NCBI RefSeq assembly: GCF_009834535.1
Contig: NC_045696.1
Span: 41,418,001 to 41,482,000, forward strand
Direction: 5' to 3'
DNA: 64,000 nucleotides
DNA from: Camelus ferus
Taxonomy: Eukaryota
The notes beneath the pieces are model-generated. The model searched no databases. It worked only from the letters and a program-made list of their open reading frames with translations, and was not told the DNA's origin. Of the stretch, positions 51,585 to 64,000 are shown in pieces. Position 1 is the first letter of the stretch. Every line of letters begins with the position of its first letter. Both the position numbers and the translations under genes were made by a program.

Positions 51585-52596
51585 AAAATGTTCTACAAAT
51601 ACTTTTTCCTTATTCCTAAGGATCTCAATAAATAGCTGGTAGCAGTAGGTGGATTTAGGAGGGGTTAGATGTGAACCCAGTAGGTAAAAAGTAGAGGTCT
51701 CCCACTCGTTTAACCATTAATGTTATTCACAAGGTATAGACCACGTCACAACACATAGTGGTCGTTCACACACACAACCCAAGGTAACAGAAAAGCACCA
51801 ACCAGTAATGGTGCCTGCATCAATCACAGAGGCTGAGCCACAGCGGATAATATTGCCCCAGGTTTAGGTGAGTGTGATCTGCCTCCAACACTACACCGAG
51901 GGCTGGTACCTAAATAGGCCTCATTCAGAGCAGAGCGGCTGCTGGCGGCCACGGAGGAAAGCCCAGCACCCCTTCTAATGCAGACATTCAACAACGATCC
52001 CTCGAACAAGGAGCTAACATTATTCCCCTTTGTCATGTGCCATCACCCACAACACAACTGCAGAGAAACAGAAGTCGGTGGTCCCCAACTTCCAAATGGC
52101 ACGTGGAGAAAAAGCGAAGAGAGGGAAGAGGCACTGTCCCCTGTATAGAGTCACGTCCGGAGTGTGTGTGTGTCGCCTCCCCTCACTCTTGGACCAATGT
52201 ATCAGTTTTCTAAATTGTGCTCAATTTTCTGGCCTCTATTACCTCCAATTCAATAAAAAATTCCCTAAATCCCATAGCCCTAGTCTGCCGTTTCCATCCC
52301 CTGACTTAGCTCTAGCTGTCTATTCTACTTAGCGGGACTTAATATCTACTCTTTTCTTTCAGTTTATCTTTTCAGTTTAAGTAAATGTTCGTTTTTGCAT
52401 ATTCATTTTGCATAACAGGTATGTGATACAGTTAAGGAACTTCTGGCTTTGGGAGCAAAAAAGAATAACTTTCCTTAGATTATTTTTGTCCCCTTCTACT
52501 TCATGAATAAAAGAAAGAATGAGATAAAAAAAAGGGGAAATATGTTTAATGTGGAATCAGCCCAGTGATGACCATGAAGAGTACAACTAGGATTGG

Positions 52597-53113
52597 ATGA
52601 CTCGATCAAGAGGCTGTGTCATAGTTATACAATGGAATACCATGCAGCCATAAAAATTTAAAATAATACCATTTGCAGCAACATGGATGGACCTGGAGAT
52701 TGTCATTCTAAGTGAAGTAAGCCAGAAAGAGAAAGAAAAATGCCATATGATATCACTCATATGTAGAAGCTACAAGAAGAATCTACAAAAAGATGAACTC
52801 ACCTACAAAACAGAAACAGACTTACAGACATAAAAAGTAAACTTATGGTTACTGAGGGAAAGGGGGTGAGAAGAGACAAATTAGGGAGTTTGAGATTTGC
52901 AAATATTAGCCACTATATATAAAAATAAATTTAAAGAACAAATTTCTTCTGTATAGCACAGGGAACTATATTCAATATCTTATCATAAACTTTAATGCAA
53001 AAATATGAAAGTGAATATATATATGTATATGCATGACTGGGACATTGTGCTGTACACCAGGAACTGACACACTGTAATTGACTGTACTTCAATTAAAAAA
53101 AAAAAAACAAAAA
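52597..53113 (+). mobile_element. 5'-truncated camelid-type L1 3' end with poly-A
   Basis: Near-colinear with 170-694; ends in tacttcaattaaaaaaaaaaaa. Confidence 0.92.
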
Positions 53114-53602
53114 ACTAGCATCAGAGTTAGACCACTGCCTTAGTAGAAAGCCCTGGCCTCCATCTCCTCAATCTACTGCAAAACACAGGCATTTAGTTTG
53201 AGGACTTGTTTAAATGTGAATGTACTTGGGAAGGAGAAATTTTTAGCTGTTTTTAGTCAGTTTGAATGGACTCCTAATACTTTCTTCATAACCATTTTGA
53301 GAGGAGAGAAAAACAAAAAATACCAGGATGACATCTTGGAAGCCCGGGGGAGGGCAGTATCAAGATAAGGAATGGCCCAAGAAATGGAAGCAAGGAACAG
53401 CGATGGGACACATAAGTGAAAGCACCATTTTGCTTGTAGCTGGTCTTATACAACCATAGTAATGTCATTTGCCAAATCAAGACTTGTGCATTTTAACATG
53501 GCATCCCAACTTGGTGTTCAGGAAATCACAATCTAGCTGAAAAAACAGTGAGCATTCCAAAACATCTATCAAGCGGACTTGAAGTGTCAGGAGAGTACGT
53601 AC

Positions 53603-53641
53603 TTTTCTTCCTTATCCCCCAAGTGTGAAGCCTGAGGCATC
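53603..53641 (-). CDS. Candidate 39-nt symmetric (phase 2-2) exon encoding MPQASHLGDKEE
   Basis: Acceptor tcattcttctttcag|G and donor AAA|GTACGT; length is a multiple of 3; open in the phase delivered by the 57415-57255 exon. Confidence 0.4.
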
Positions 53642-54518
53642 CTGAAAGAAGAATGATTGCAGAGCACATGATTCTTTGCTTATAAAAGATCTTGGAAGAA
53701 ACTGGGGCTATACTTTTGGCTCTGAGTTGCTGATGAAGCAGGAAATGTGAAATTTTTCTGGGCTCCTTCACAAAGGCTCTCAGTCTAAAACTGAGTAAGA
53801 AACTCTTCTGGAAAAGATGGGGGCTTAACAGGTGTGGGTTTCAAGTGTATGCATTCTCCTGAGCTGACTCTTGGAAGTGTCCCCATGGCTCTATCTTGGG
53901 GTGACGGGAGGAGACGAGGCCTTAGACAAGCTGATGCTTAGATACAAAGATACTTATGTTTGTCAGGAGCAAAAAGGAAATCGTGAGTCACACAGAAAAG
54001 AAGGATTAAGTGTTTTAACAAGTTTTTTTTGCTTTTCCTGGAATTCTTACTAGGAAAAAAGATCAGCTTTTTTTTCTAAGTGCAACAAATACTATTTTTC
54101 AGCACAGAGGTGAAGAGCATGTTTAGATGTACAAAATTAAGTGCTTTTTCCTATTTATATTTCTCCTTCTGTTTCACTAAGGTCAAACAAAATGCCTTCT
54201 ATCAGATGAACTGCTACTCCTTCAGACTTTAACAATCTAGAGAACTGAAGTTTATAAAACTAAATGTTATAATATTTTTATGCCAGTAGAGGCAAAGGTA
54301 TGTCGCTATTAAACACTGGTTATAATGGTTCTTTACTACTGGAAAATAAAGCAGTTTAAAAGAAAAACTCTCACTTTGATTTCTCTTAAGTTTACCAAAT
54401 TTACTGAATTTTATCCAAAGAATTATGCTAGCAGCAAAGCATGTGGCAGATGGTGAGAGAAACAAACAAAAAATCTAACAACTCTTATCTATCTTCCAGC
54501 TTACAGTACTTCGCTTAC

Positions 54519-54680
54519 TCTTTTTCCCGGGGGGGTACGTAGCAGTACTTGAGCAAATGTTCACAACTGCATATTTAAAGGAAGTTGTTCCTGCTACGTC
54601 ACTGAGTTATCAAACTATGGGTGATGAGGTTGATGGATATGATGTCAAGCACATAAAAAAAGAACTAAACTATGACGTGT
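54519..54680 (-). promoter_or_regulatory. Candidate internal promoter with short non-coding first exon
   Basis: Minus strand: CRE half-site TGACGTAG (54602-54595), TATA-like TTTAAATA (54579-54572), then donor AGA|GTAAGC (54518). A second TGACGT lies at 54673-54678. Confidence 0.3.
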
Positions 54681-56255
54681 AAACCAAGGCTACTGTTTAA
54701 TTTTCTAGCTCATCTTCTAGTTTGTTAGAGTGGAAACCATGTATTATAAAATTGCTCAGCCCTGAGATTTCCCCTACTTGAGGTTTTCATGGGTTTAAGG
54801 TATCAGGAAGATGATGTCTCTCTGGTGGTGGCTGATGGTCGGAACAGATACGTCTCCTGTATGAACACCTTAAGCACCTCTGTGACTTGTACATTTTGTC
54901 AGATTGGAATCAAGAGGGAGTTGATTAGGGAAGTATGGCTGGAACCCATTGTCAGCCAAAAGGAGCAATAAGAGACCCAGAAGACACTTCCTGTTGCTAA
55001 AAAGCATCATTAGATAATTTGCTTCAAAGTACAGTTCAATTTTACACAGTGACTGGGTAAGAGGTTTTCATGTCCCTCCCTCAATGCTGATGAAGAGTGC
55101 ATCACAGTCTATGAATTATATCAACTGTACTTGTTATTTTAATGTCGGAATTCACTTCCCCATCTCCCATGGAACTGCAAGGTCCTTGTCGATAGAAACC
55201 TGTCTCCTCATCCTTGTATCCCCACTGTCTACAATGGTGCCTGGAGAGTGGAGTCCTTTAATAAATATAACTGGATATCACAATCATGAGACTAACTGGA
55301 ATTAAGGGCAGAACATAACAAAGGAAAGTTTGAGATGAGAATTTGCCCACATTCCCAAGACTGTCCCAGAGAAGAGGACATTCTTTCTATGCAACTATTC
55401 CAGGTCTTTAGAAAGAAATATCAAATACCCAGTATCTTGTAGAAGTTGAAAATAAACAATTACAGACTGCAAAATAATCATGAGTGTTCTTGGGAGCCAA
55501 GTTACAGTCAAAGTTGTTTAAGTAGAGGTGTACATAACTAATTATAGATGATGTTGTAAGTGGATTCAGCAAACTTTGGACCTGCAGGTTCCTTCCAAGT
55601 TGAGAGTCAATTCTTGATCCCTAAAACGAAATTGGCCTATCCATTTGGCTACAGTGACTTGCTGAGCACATTCCATAATGACAGTCAGCACCCTTTCCCT
55701 GACTCTAGAGTCACAGCTGAGAAGGCTCCTTGTTGGTTTTGTTTCCTAAGGTAATTTTTCCCAGCAGGAAGGAAATCAGTGTTCTAAAAATAACTTAGCT
55801 TGATTTTAAGGTCAGGTATATCCTTGATAAGTATTAATTGGCTTTATGGCACTTATCTTTTGTACATTTTGCTAGCATTACACAAATTTCATGAGGATTT
55901 GATAATACCGAGGACCAGACCAACATTTTTGAGGATGTACCAGTCAAAATCTCAGGAGCTAAGTCTTCTTACTGACCTCTCTTGCCTCTAGTCTTGCTCT
56001 GCCTAACCCATTTTCTTCTCTGATGTAAGAATGACCATTACTAAGACATAAAACCAAATGTACCATGACACCTCTCTTCATAAAACCCTTCAGTGGTATC
56101 TTTGCCTTCAAAAGGATGTCTGAATAACCCTGAGGGATCTTTGCCTTGACTACCTCTTGGCCTCAATCCCTGACACTCCCTTCCTTGCTGTATGTTCTGA
56201 CAGTTGAACAATTTCCATCTCCTAATTATGATATGTCATCCTCATTGCTTTACAT

Positions 56256-56470
56256 CAGTGATTCTCTACAAGGAGCAATTTTGCCCCTAGGGACATTTAA
56301 CTATGTCTGGAGACATTTTTGGTTATTTCAATTCATGGGATGCTACTGGCATCTATTTGGTGGGTAGAGATCAGAGATGCTGCTAAACCCCCTACAATGC
56401 ATAGGACAACCCCTTGCATCGAAGAATTAACCAGTCCAAAATATCGATAGTACCTTTTTTGAGAAACTCC
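56256..56470. mobile_element. MER20-like hAT-Charlie element
   Basis: cagtgattctc...ttttgcccctagggacattt...tgtctggagacatttttggtt...tgctactggcatcta...gatgctgctaaac. Confidence 0.88.
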
Positions 56471-56546
56471 ACTTTAGATGAATGAATTAAAGCAAGTCAT
56501 AGAAAAAAATCCTGAGAAAAGTCCCTTTAAAACTGTGCCTCTGAAA

Positions 56547-56768
56547 TAGGGCTGGCAAACTCTGGCCCACGGGTCAAATCTGGCCCACTGCATGTTTTTG
56601 TCAACAAAATTGTCTTGGCTCATGGCCATGCCTGTTTGTTTATGTATGGCCATTTTGTCCATGGCTGTTCTTGCTGCAGAGATGAACAGTTGCAACAAGG
56701 ATCATCTGGCTCACAAACTCTAAAATCTTTTCTATCTGGCTTTTTACAGAAAAAGTTGCTGACTCCTG
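56547..56768 (+). mobile_element. MER58A-like hAT-Charlie element, full length
   Basis: agggctggcaaact...gaaaaagttgctgactcctg with 8-bp TSD ctctgaaa / ctctaaaa. Confidence 0.88.
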
Positions 56769-57254
56769 CTCTAAAACATCCCTACTGTTCTCCTGGCTCC
56801 TAAGATTGCAAAATATGTAGTGTAGAATTAGAAGTGGTACACGGGAAAGAAAAGTTTCTTTTTCAACTGGCATACGATTTCTGTTTCAGAACAGAAAAAG
56901 AGTATAGAATAATTAAATGTTCATCAAGTCTTCTAAGAAAAGCATTTCATGTGAACTAATAGTGAGCTTTGCTGGTCAGATAGCATTCAAAAGAGGAGTT
57001 CAGGGCTTGGAAGGAGTAGGTGGTGATGGGGGAGTAGGGTAAGAGAAGTTTACCAATTCCTTCCTGGGAATCTACCCACTCAGTGTATTCTGAACACAGC
57101 CCAGCATGCCTTTTGAGGCAGGCAGATCCTGTCGCTCCCCAGTTAAAAGCAGTTGCTAAAATTTGCAAGGAGAGGGTTAGGGGCAGTGAGGCAAATGACT
57201 AGTATAAGGAAAACAGCTAATCAGTCAAGCTATGGCTAATCAATCAAGTCTTAC

Positions 57255-57415
57255 TCTAGCTCCTCAGAAATATGAACTTGGCTCATTGTTGACTCTTCCT
57301 TTAACTTTGGCAGATCACTAATAAAATGAGCATCGTGCGGAAGCTGTGGTGGATATTCGCCACTTGAAATGACTGGTTGAGCTTCCCCACATGGAACTGT
57401 TGACAGATGCAGCAG
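57255..57415 (-). CDS. Candidate internal coding exon (161 nt, phase 0 to 2): LLHLSTVPCGEAQPVISSGEYPPQLPHDAHFISDLPKLKEESTMSQVHISEEL
   Basis: Acceptor atctctttgttgctcag| and donor AGA|GTAAGA; fully open; the ORF stops immediately inside the donor; non-repeat DNA. Confidence 0.55.
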
Positions 57416-58009
57416 CTGAGCAACAAAGAGATATTGTAGATGCACGAAATTCCAATTCAATGCATAAGTTTTATTTTATATAATAAACATCAATTTATTA
57501 TGTTTCTAGAAACTGGTTCCTCATAACCACTGAGTACTGATATGCACATACATGCCACACACTGCTTCGTACATCGGGAGGTATTTAGAGTTAGGGCAGC
57601 ATCCCAGGAGCTATAGGAGGGAGATGAGTTTCCATGGCTAGCCAAGTGGGACATGTTTTCCCTGGGTAGATTGGGGAGGGTGTTGCTCTCATAACTGAGA
57701 CATTCACAAATCAGGCAAAGCATAATCAAGATCTTCCCAGATATCCTTGAAAAATAATGTGTGCAAGTAGCTAGAGAGTTTAGGTTTGTAAATCAATGAG
57801 AGATTGTCCTGAGGTCAAATGCCTCCCTCAGCGTGATCAGCAAGGACAATTGTAATCCAACTAGTGCTTTTGTGAAAATTATTTTTAAAAGTGCTTTCTA
57901 TAGGAGATGTAGCTATGAAAACACAAGATGGGAGGCTGAAGCAGAAATAAGGCTGGGAAACTTTATGTGATTCCTGTATTAAGGCAGAGATCCTAAAGGG
58001 GACCTTTTC

Positions 58010-59940
58010 CCAGGAAAAGACAATAAATTAACAAAACTGCATCAATTAATAGTAGAAAGCCAAAACATACTATAACCCTCAAAGACATTCAATTCATAGT
58101 TTAAAATATTTTCCAGTCAAAACAAAACAAAAAAAAAAAACAACAGAAAAGATATTTTTAGGTGAATTCTATGAAACTTCCAAAGAACATCATCTCAAGC
58201 TCTTCCAGAGAAGAAAAAAAGAATAACACTCCCCAATGCATTCTGAGGCAAATACAACTTATGCCAAAACCAGAGAACGATGGCTCAAAAAAAGAAAATT
58301 ACAGGCAAATTTTACCCAGAAGCACAGATGCAGAAATTATAAACAAAATATTAGCAAGCCAAACCCAGTAGCTTAGAAAAAAAACTAATCATGACTAAGC
58401 TGGGATTATCCTAGGAATTCAAGGGTGGTTTAATACAGAGTCTATTAATGTCTTTTTACCACATTAACAGATTATTGGACAAAAATAATATGATTTCAAC
58501 TTTGCAGGGAACAAATGCTTGATAAAATTTAATACCAATGTATAACAAGAGATTTTGTTTGTTTTTAAGGATTTTTTCAAAATGAAACAAAGAGTCCTGT
58601 GGCAGATAGATACAAACATAGAAATCTGAAATGTTATGTTACTTTGCAGAATACTTGGGAAAGGAAAGAATTACTTAATAAATAGTATTAAGAAAAATGC
58701 TTCTCCCTAGGAAAACAAAATGAATCTGGGCCTCTTACCTCAAACCATATAAAAAAATCAATCCCAGATGGTTAAGTAGCAAAATTGTTACGATTTTTGG
58801 AAGAAAATAGGGAAGAATATCTTTATAATGTCCCATATTAGGAAGGTAGTGGAGGTCATATTAAGACATAAAAAGCCCTAACCATGAATAAAAAATTAAT
58901 ATATTCATCCAAGTTAAAATTAAGAACTTCTATTCATCAAAAGTAAACAAAGTGGAAAGATAAATCACAAACTAGAAGATGTTATCTATAACACATACAA
59001 ATGACAAAGGCTAAGTAACAAAATTATATAAAAATTCTTACACATTGGTAAGAAAAAGAAAAACAGCCCATTAGAAAAATGGGCAACAGGCTTGCACAAT
59101 TATTTCACAGAGAGAAAGGAGAAATGGTCAGTACACATATGACTAATGCCTAATCTCTCTGGCACCGTAATTTGTATTTTCTTGGTTACTAATAAAATGC
59201 CAATTTACATCCATTAGATTAGCAAAAATTGTAAAACCTGGCAATAAAAGTTATTGGCAAAGCTATATACATCAAAAAGGGTCATTACACATGTGCTGAT
59301 AGATAGGGAAACTGCACAACCTTTTTGGAAAACAATTGGGCATTTTCTACTAATGTTGAATATTAGCATGCGTTGCGACCCAGTAATTTCATATCCACCC
59401 CCAAAGGCATGTATAGGAAGGAATGTTTGTGGTAGCTTAAGCTCATAATTTTTTAAAGGGACCAATCCAAAAATTCATCAACAGGAAATACATTTTTGTA
59501 TAGTCTCACAAAGGAATATTATACGCCAGTGAATAAAAGGTAACTACAATTACATGTAATAACACCGAGGAATTGCAAAGTTGAAGGACAAAAGAAAATT
59601 GAAAAAGACTATTTTGAAAATGATATCATTTTAATAAAGCTCAAACAGCAAAATTTAACGAAATATTCTTTAGGGTTACATATATACAAAGACTGCCCAA
59701 AACAGCAGGTGGGAAAAAAAAAAAACAGAAGGATAGAATAAATAAACATAAACTTTAAGATAGCAGTTTCCACTTACTGGAGGCAAGACAAAAACACACA
59801 TGCTTATGCAACAGCATTGCTAATGTTCTAGTTCTAAACTTGGCTGTGGATTCACAAATGTTCATTATTATTTTGCCTCAAAACGTATATATGTTACATA
59901 TTCTTTTGTATGTATAAAATGTTATATAATAAATATTTTC
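58010..59940 (+). mobile_element. Very old L1ME-type element, fragmented ORF2 and 3' UTR
   Basis: ORF 58162-58371 PKPEND...KKENYRQI...DAEIINKILA resembles L1 ORF2; downstream cccattagaaaaatgggcaa and acaacctttttggaaaacaattg. Confidence 0.8.
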
Positions 59941-61145
59941 ATGCCAAAACCGTTGACATAGAGAAAGCTCAGAAAGAGAAGTCAGGGAACTTAAGCCTAG
60001 CAGAAAGCACTTGTGTCAAATCAAGGGTACTCAAAGCTGAGATTGCTCCCACCAATCACAGCGAACAGGCTTGCCTGAGGTGCTCACCATCTAATACCTG
60101 GTCTGCAGACTATGGGCTGATAAGATGAGGCTGCTTCCTTAGATATTTACGCAAATCACTACTATATTGTGTCTGAAACAATTTGAGACCTTGTTACAAC
60201 ATTGTGTGGAAATGAGAAAGAAGCAAGTCATGAAGAGCAAAAATTTTTTTAAGTCTCTCACAGTCAAAACAGGAGTGAATGAGGATTTGGAGAACTATCT
60301 TGTGTTAACGTGTCTGTCCTGACAGGGAAATACAGATTTAGTCCCTTGTAGGCTGGCGGGGGTTGGGGGGGTCTCTAGGTGAGGGAGATGTGTGTCACCA
60401 ATTCACCTCAGCACAGGATCCCAAACCTCTTCAGATTCCCTGTTCATCACGAATCATTCTAACTGAAACTTGATTTTCTTTTCCAAGTAATTTTCCCCAC
60501 CATGTTTCCTTGGGTGAGTGACAGAACTGTGAGGAAAATGTAATCTCTTTATTTATATATGCATATCTGCTTGTATGTTTAAATCACACTTTGTGGTAGC
60601 AAAAGCTAGTCTGGTGTGAGTCTGGGCAGCATGAGCCAGCTGTCTCTGGACACCAACACCCTGAGCTGAGCTGAGGAGACCATACAAAGCCCCAGCAACA
60701 AGGCCTTCTACATCATAGAAGGACTAAAGGACCCGCACACAGCCTAGGACAGTGACTGCCTAAAGTTTCTCTGCAGTTGAGAGCAGACAGGGAGTCAGTC
60801 AGGGCATCAAAAATACCTGTTTGAGCAAGGGGAACAGGTCCTGAGCAATGGCCACCTACACATGCACTCTCTCTAGCTGATGTGGAGACTGCTCTCAAGA
60901 GAATAACTGATGAGGCTACTTCTCCCCTCCGCTTTTCCATGGAAACAGACTTAATATGGCATAATCTGGAGGTCGGGGTGGCTTCAGCTGTCAGATTATC
61001 CCTAAGTCTCATTGAGTTCTACACCCAGGAGCCATGCTGTGTAGCATGGGATCAGTTTCATTTATGGAATCACCAATCTCTGGATCTCAAGGATGTGCTC
61101 CTGGTGTGGCCTATTTTTTTTATTTCAGGAAGTTAGTCTTTCTTG

Positions 61146-61414
61146 GACATAGAAAACAAACTATGGTTACCAAAGGGGAAAGGGCAGGGGAGGGATAAAT
61201 TAGGAGTTTAGGATTAACAGATACACATTACTATATATAAAATAGATAAACAAGGGCCTACTGTATAGCACAAGGAACTATACTGAATTTCTTGTAATAA
61301 CATAAGATGGAAAAAGAATCTGAAATATATATACAGCTAAAGCGCCTCACTGTACATCTGAAACTGACATGGTAAATCAACTACACTTCGATAAAAAAAA
61401 TAAGGTTAAAAAAA
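61146..61414 (+). mobile_element. 5'-truncated L1 3' UTR
   Basis: gacatagaaaacaaactatggttaccaaagggg...ctactgtatagcacaaggaactata...A-tail; TSD-like aagttagtctt / aaggtagtctt. Confidence 0.9.
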
Positions 61415-63430
61415 GGTAGTCTTCATCAGTAACAGAAAACACTGCTGAAATGAACATTATAAAAAGAAATGAAACAATGATGCAATTTACAATACTGATA
61501 TTTGCCTTTATTAATAGCTGAACATCATAGTTACTAACAGTTGCTCTTAGAACACAAGAGAGTTTTAAAACTACATTAAAATGAATTATTTTATAGTGAA
61601 GTAAAAAGTACAGCTCACTCATCTGGTTAATTGAGGCGGTGACTTTCCTAATGACCTAAAAACTGATATCCATATTTTGGTCATTCCCAACCAAATGCAT
61701 ATAGCTATTTATAAAGGGGGAGAGAAAGGGAGAGAAGGAGCAAGGTCAAACTGACAAACAGAGGCAAACAAAAACAACAGATACTTCAGCTGGAATTTGG
61801 GAACATAGTGTCCTTCATCCAGAAGACAGGGTCTTGAGACTGAGAGAATGTTGTAAAGCTTTCCTCACAGCTGTTCACTGAAGAAACCCAAAAGTCCAAA
61901 ATAATGAACTAGAAGCCTGGCCTTAGCCTGCCACATACTAAGAACTTTCTAGTCTTACATTTTATCTTAAAAATCTAAGTAATTTTTATATGATCTATAA
62001 TATATCCATAGGAAAGCAGGAAGGCAGGATTCACTGATTTGGCCTCCACCAGTAGATTAGAAAATCTTCAGGAATATAAAATTCAACACCCCACCACCCC
62101 TCCATATTTCAGAATAAAATTGAAGCATTAGGAAAAATGTGTGCCATGCCTGAGGGGAACTGCGTACTCCTGGGCAGAGGGTAGGAGCTAAATCAATTAG
62201 CACAATTTAAAAAATTAGGAAAGAGAAAGAATAAAGTATAGTTAGATTTAACAGGGAAGAAAATCACTGAAGTTTAATTTGTAAGTTGTTTAATGCAACT
62301 CACTGAACTCTCCCCACAGAGGCAGCCAGATAGAGGAGGGAAATAACAATGTCACATCACTTCCTAGCAAAATATTCAGTGTCTTTAATTATCAGAGATT
62401 GAGCACATGGCTTCCAAAGAAGAAGGATATAGTCCTCCTGAGTCCTTTGGGATCAGTATCTCAGAAACCAAAGACCTCAGACCTCAGGGCAATGAGTCAG
62501 GAGGAAATAAAAGAAATATTCCACTTTAGAACACACCAGGGTAAGAAATCTACAGAGTTGTAAAATCATTTTCTCCTAAAGAAAAAAAAAGAAAGAAAGA
62601 AAAGAAGCATCAGATATCGATCAACTAGCATAGAACTGAGTAGGTAACTAAATCACAGTGAGGTCTAGATTCCATGAACTTGGAAATCAAGTTAAGTATT
62701 ATGCTTGAGTATCAAGCATAACAACTAAAACAATGGCAAGCTTTCACCAAAACGCTGGGCTGTCCCAGCCTACTTGATTTTACAGACACACACGCACACG
62801 TACACACACAGAAGCTAAGAGCATGACTGGGGTTTATGTGAGCAACGACCTTTGTTGGCATGTGGGTGTGGTAACTCTAGTAATCAGAGACAGTCTCGGC
62901 CCCAGTGTGGAGCCGTTCACAAACTTCCACCTGGATTATCAAAATATTTCAATGGAAAAAATCAAATTTTCATCTTTCAGGGGCTGACCACTCCTATCAC
63001 TCTCCCTTCCTTCCCCAGTAGTCTACTTTGGACATTTTACTACTCCTTAGCACCTCCTTCAATGTTCTGAAAAAGATGACTGAAATTCAGATCAACCTAT
63101 TTTGCCTTTTGCTGACAGTTTCAGAAGGCAATGAAATTAAAATACCACAAACTTATTTTTATAGTAGTCATCTGTAGATAATTTTAATCTTCCCCATACT
63201 TATGGTAGTAACATCATTCATTACACCATTTTTTCCATTATACCTACAATCCATCATTTCCTGAATGTGAAATTTTACATAAATGCAAAAGTACTATTGT
63301 TTCCCTAGAGGAAAGCAAGGACTTTTATTGCCACTCTTTACTTGCTTAGACCAGGAAGCTCAGTCAACCTCCAGTTTCCTTCTCTGGGTAAAGCCATGGG
63401 ATCCGTGAACATGGATTAAAAGTAATGTGT

Positions 63431-64000
63431 AGTGGTACTGGCACAAAAACAGACATATAGATCAATGGAACAGAATAGAGAGCCTAGAAATAAATGATCA
63501 ATTAATCTTAAACAAAGGAGGCAAGAATATATAATGGAAAAAAGACAGTCTCTTCAGCAACTGGTGTTGGGAAAACTGGACAGCAGCATGTAAATCAAAG
63601 AAGTTAGAACACTCCCTCACACTATATACAAAAATAAACTCAAAATGGTTTAAAGACTTAAATATAAGACAAGACACTATAAACCTCCTAGAAGAAAACA
63701 TAGGCAAAACATTCTCTGACATAAATCTTAGCAATGTTCTCCTAGGGCAGTCTACTCAGGCAATAGAAATAAAAGCAAAAATTAACAAATGAGACCTAAT
63801 TAAACTTACAAGGTTTTGCCCAGCAAAGGAAACCATAAGCAAAAAAAGACAACCTACGGAATGGGAGAAAATATCTGCCAATGATGTGACTGACAAAGGT
63901 TTAATTTCCAGCATATATAAACAGCTCATACAACTTAATAACAAAAAACAAACAACCCAATCCAAAAATATGCAGAAGATCTAAACAAGCAATTCTCCAA
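63431..64000 (+). mobile_element. 5'-truncated L1, ORF2 C-terminal half; continues off the window to the right
   Basis: Colinear with 18737-19300 (tggtactggcacaaaaacagacatatagatcaatggaacagaatagagagc...). Confidence 0.95.

Noticed and set aside
62699..62721. Perfect 10-bp hairpin ttatgcttga-gta-tcaagcataa
   Set aside because: About one such stem is expected by chance in 64 kb of AT-rich DNA; too short for a pre-miRNA.
1..64000. CRISPR array, prokaryotic defence system, NUMT or processed pseudogene
   Set aside because: No regularly spaced repeats, operons, mitochondrial sequence or recognisable retrocopy seen; the content is typical mammalian intronic DNA.

Overview
Mammalian nuclear DNA, most likely camelid (alpaca/llama/camel). 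Five copies of a tRNA-Ala(AGC)-derived SINE of the Vic-1 type support this, alongside lineage-type L1 3' ends. Much of the window is interspersed repeat: L1 of several ages, L2, MIR, MLT1 MaLR solo LTRs and MER82/MER58A/MER20/MER5/MER33-type DNA transposon relics. No complete host gene, rRNA, bona fide tRNA or CRISPR array is visible. About 12 of 14 recognisable L1 pieces lie on +. Several minus-strand exon candidates with good splice sites share a phase-2 3' boundary (57415-57255, 53641-53603, 38285-38134). The window therefore looks like the 5' introns of a large minus-strand gene with alternative first exons; I could not identify the gene. The most unusual element is an L1 at 39187-43481. 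It keeps a full 5' UTR, but its ORF1 start codon is fused in frame to ORF2 downstream of the endonuclease domain, so ORF1 and EN are deleted. Its 5' UTR also carries an antisense ORF ending in a phase-2 splice donor pointing into the host gene. A young 5'-truncated L1 with target-site duplication and nearly intact RT lies at 17229-20199. Repeat family names come from recalled consensus similarity, not a database run, and boundaries of old repeats are approximate.
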